64,000 nt of DNA from Camelus ferus (lineage: Eukaryota). Positions 63,171 to 64,000 of this stretch are shown in pieces; position 1 is the first letter of the stretch, and each line of letters begins with the position of its first letter. The position numbers and the translations under genes were made by a program. Location: contig NC_045696.1 in NCBI RefSeq assembly GCF_009834535.1, forward strand, positions 17,858,001-17,922,000, given 5' to 3'. Under the pieces are notes generated by a model, which had not been told where the DNA came from, searched no databases, and was given only the letters and a program-made list of their open reading frames with translations.

Positions 63171-64000
63171 GAAGTTGGTAAATGTTGACTTCTGTCTTTA
63201 TTTTGTAGCCTCTTTGATATTTTCATTCGAAGTTATTGACATATTTTTCCATTTCACGTTTTGATATTAGTAATTTCACTAAGTCAAACCAAACCAGAAA
63301 CTTGTTGAACAGTTTCCACGGTTCTTTGCTATATATTCTGAGAGAAATTAAAAAATATATAATAATCAAGAAAAATTAATAGCCTGGTTTAATGGATAAC
63401 ATGGAAACATTTAAAAAGGCAAACAAAAATATTCACTGGATTGAAAGCAGTAATATTTTAAAAATAAATTCTAAAACAAAGCAATAATCACCAATTAATT
63501 GCTCTTAATTCCTGTAAAGAACATAAATGTTTGTTTCAAAGATAAAATGTTTTATATGTCAGGAAATTTCAGAGCTTTAATAAGCAACACTTTTCATTGC
63601 TAATATTCAAAGAAAGATATAATACATGCTGCTTCCCAGGTTTACCTCAAAATGGAATATGTTCAGGAGTGGGGTGACTGTGTGGTTACCTCAAACATAC
63701 TGGAAACAGTGCTGTTGGATTCCAGAAGAGGAAACGATTTTAGGGAGGCTTCAAGAAAACATTACATTTTTCATGGGCAAAATAGAGAAAGAAAGCTAAA
63801 CATAGAAATGATCTATTAATCATTTGTAGACTAATTAATAAAACATTACACAAATGATGAAGGAATCAAAACTATCAGGTTATTAAATATCTCCACCACT
63901 TTTCCTATAGTCAATTCAGTTGAAAATACATGACTCTTTGTAATTATAATGTTTTTAATGCTTTAATTTTTTTAGCATCCTATCAGGTGTTCAGTTATTA

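Overview
AT-rich placental-mammal genomic DNA, most likely camelid (alpaca/camel), judged from three Vic-1-like tRNA-derived SINEs. It looks intronic or intergenic, and I recognise no host protein-coding gene. Much of the window is retroelement debris: L1 fragments of several ages, MaLR/ERV LTRs, MIR/L2, Tigger1 and MER33. The dominant feature is a young full-length LINE-1 on the minus strand (41564-48671) with a perfect 14-bp TSD, a CpG-rich 5'UTR, an intact ORF1, and an ORF2 broken only by three 1-nt deletions and one stop codon. The most interesting unexplained structure lies in this L1. ORF1 is bracketed by a plausible splice donor and a strong polypyrimidine/NAGNAG acceptor in the 404-bp inter-ORF spacer. 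The acceptor is followed by a strong-Kozak ATG opening a 75-codon frame that overlaps the ORF2 start. The RT motif is YADD rather than FADD. There are also two twin-priming inverted L1 insertions and a few candidate minus-strand exons. I found no clearly new biological system; the splice/uORF model is a hypothesis. Repeat subfamily names come from recalled consensus similarity and need RepeatMasker/Dfam confirmation.
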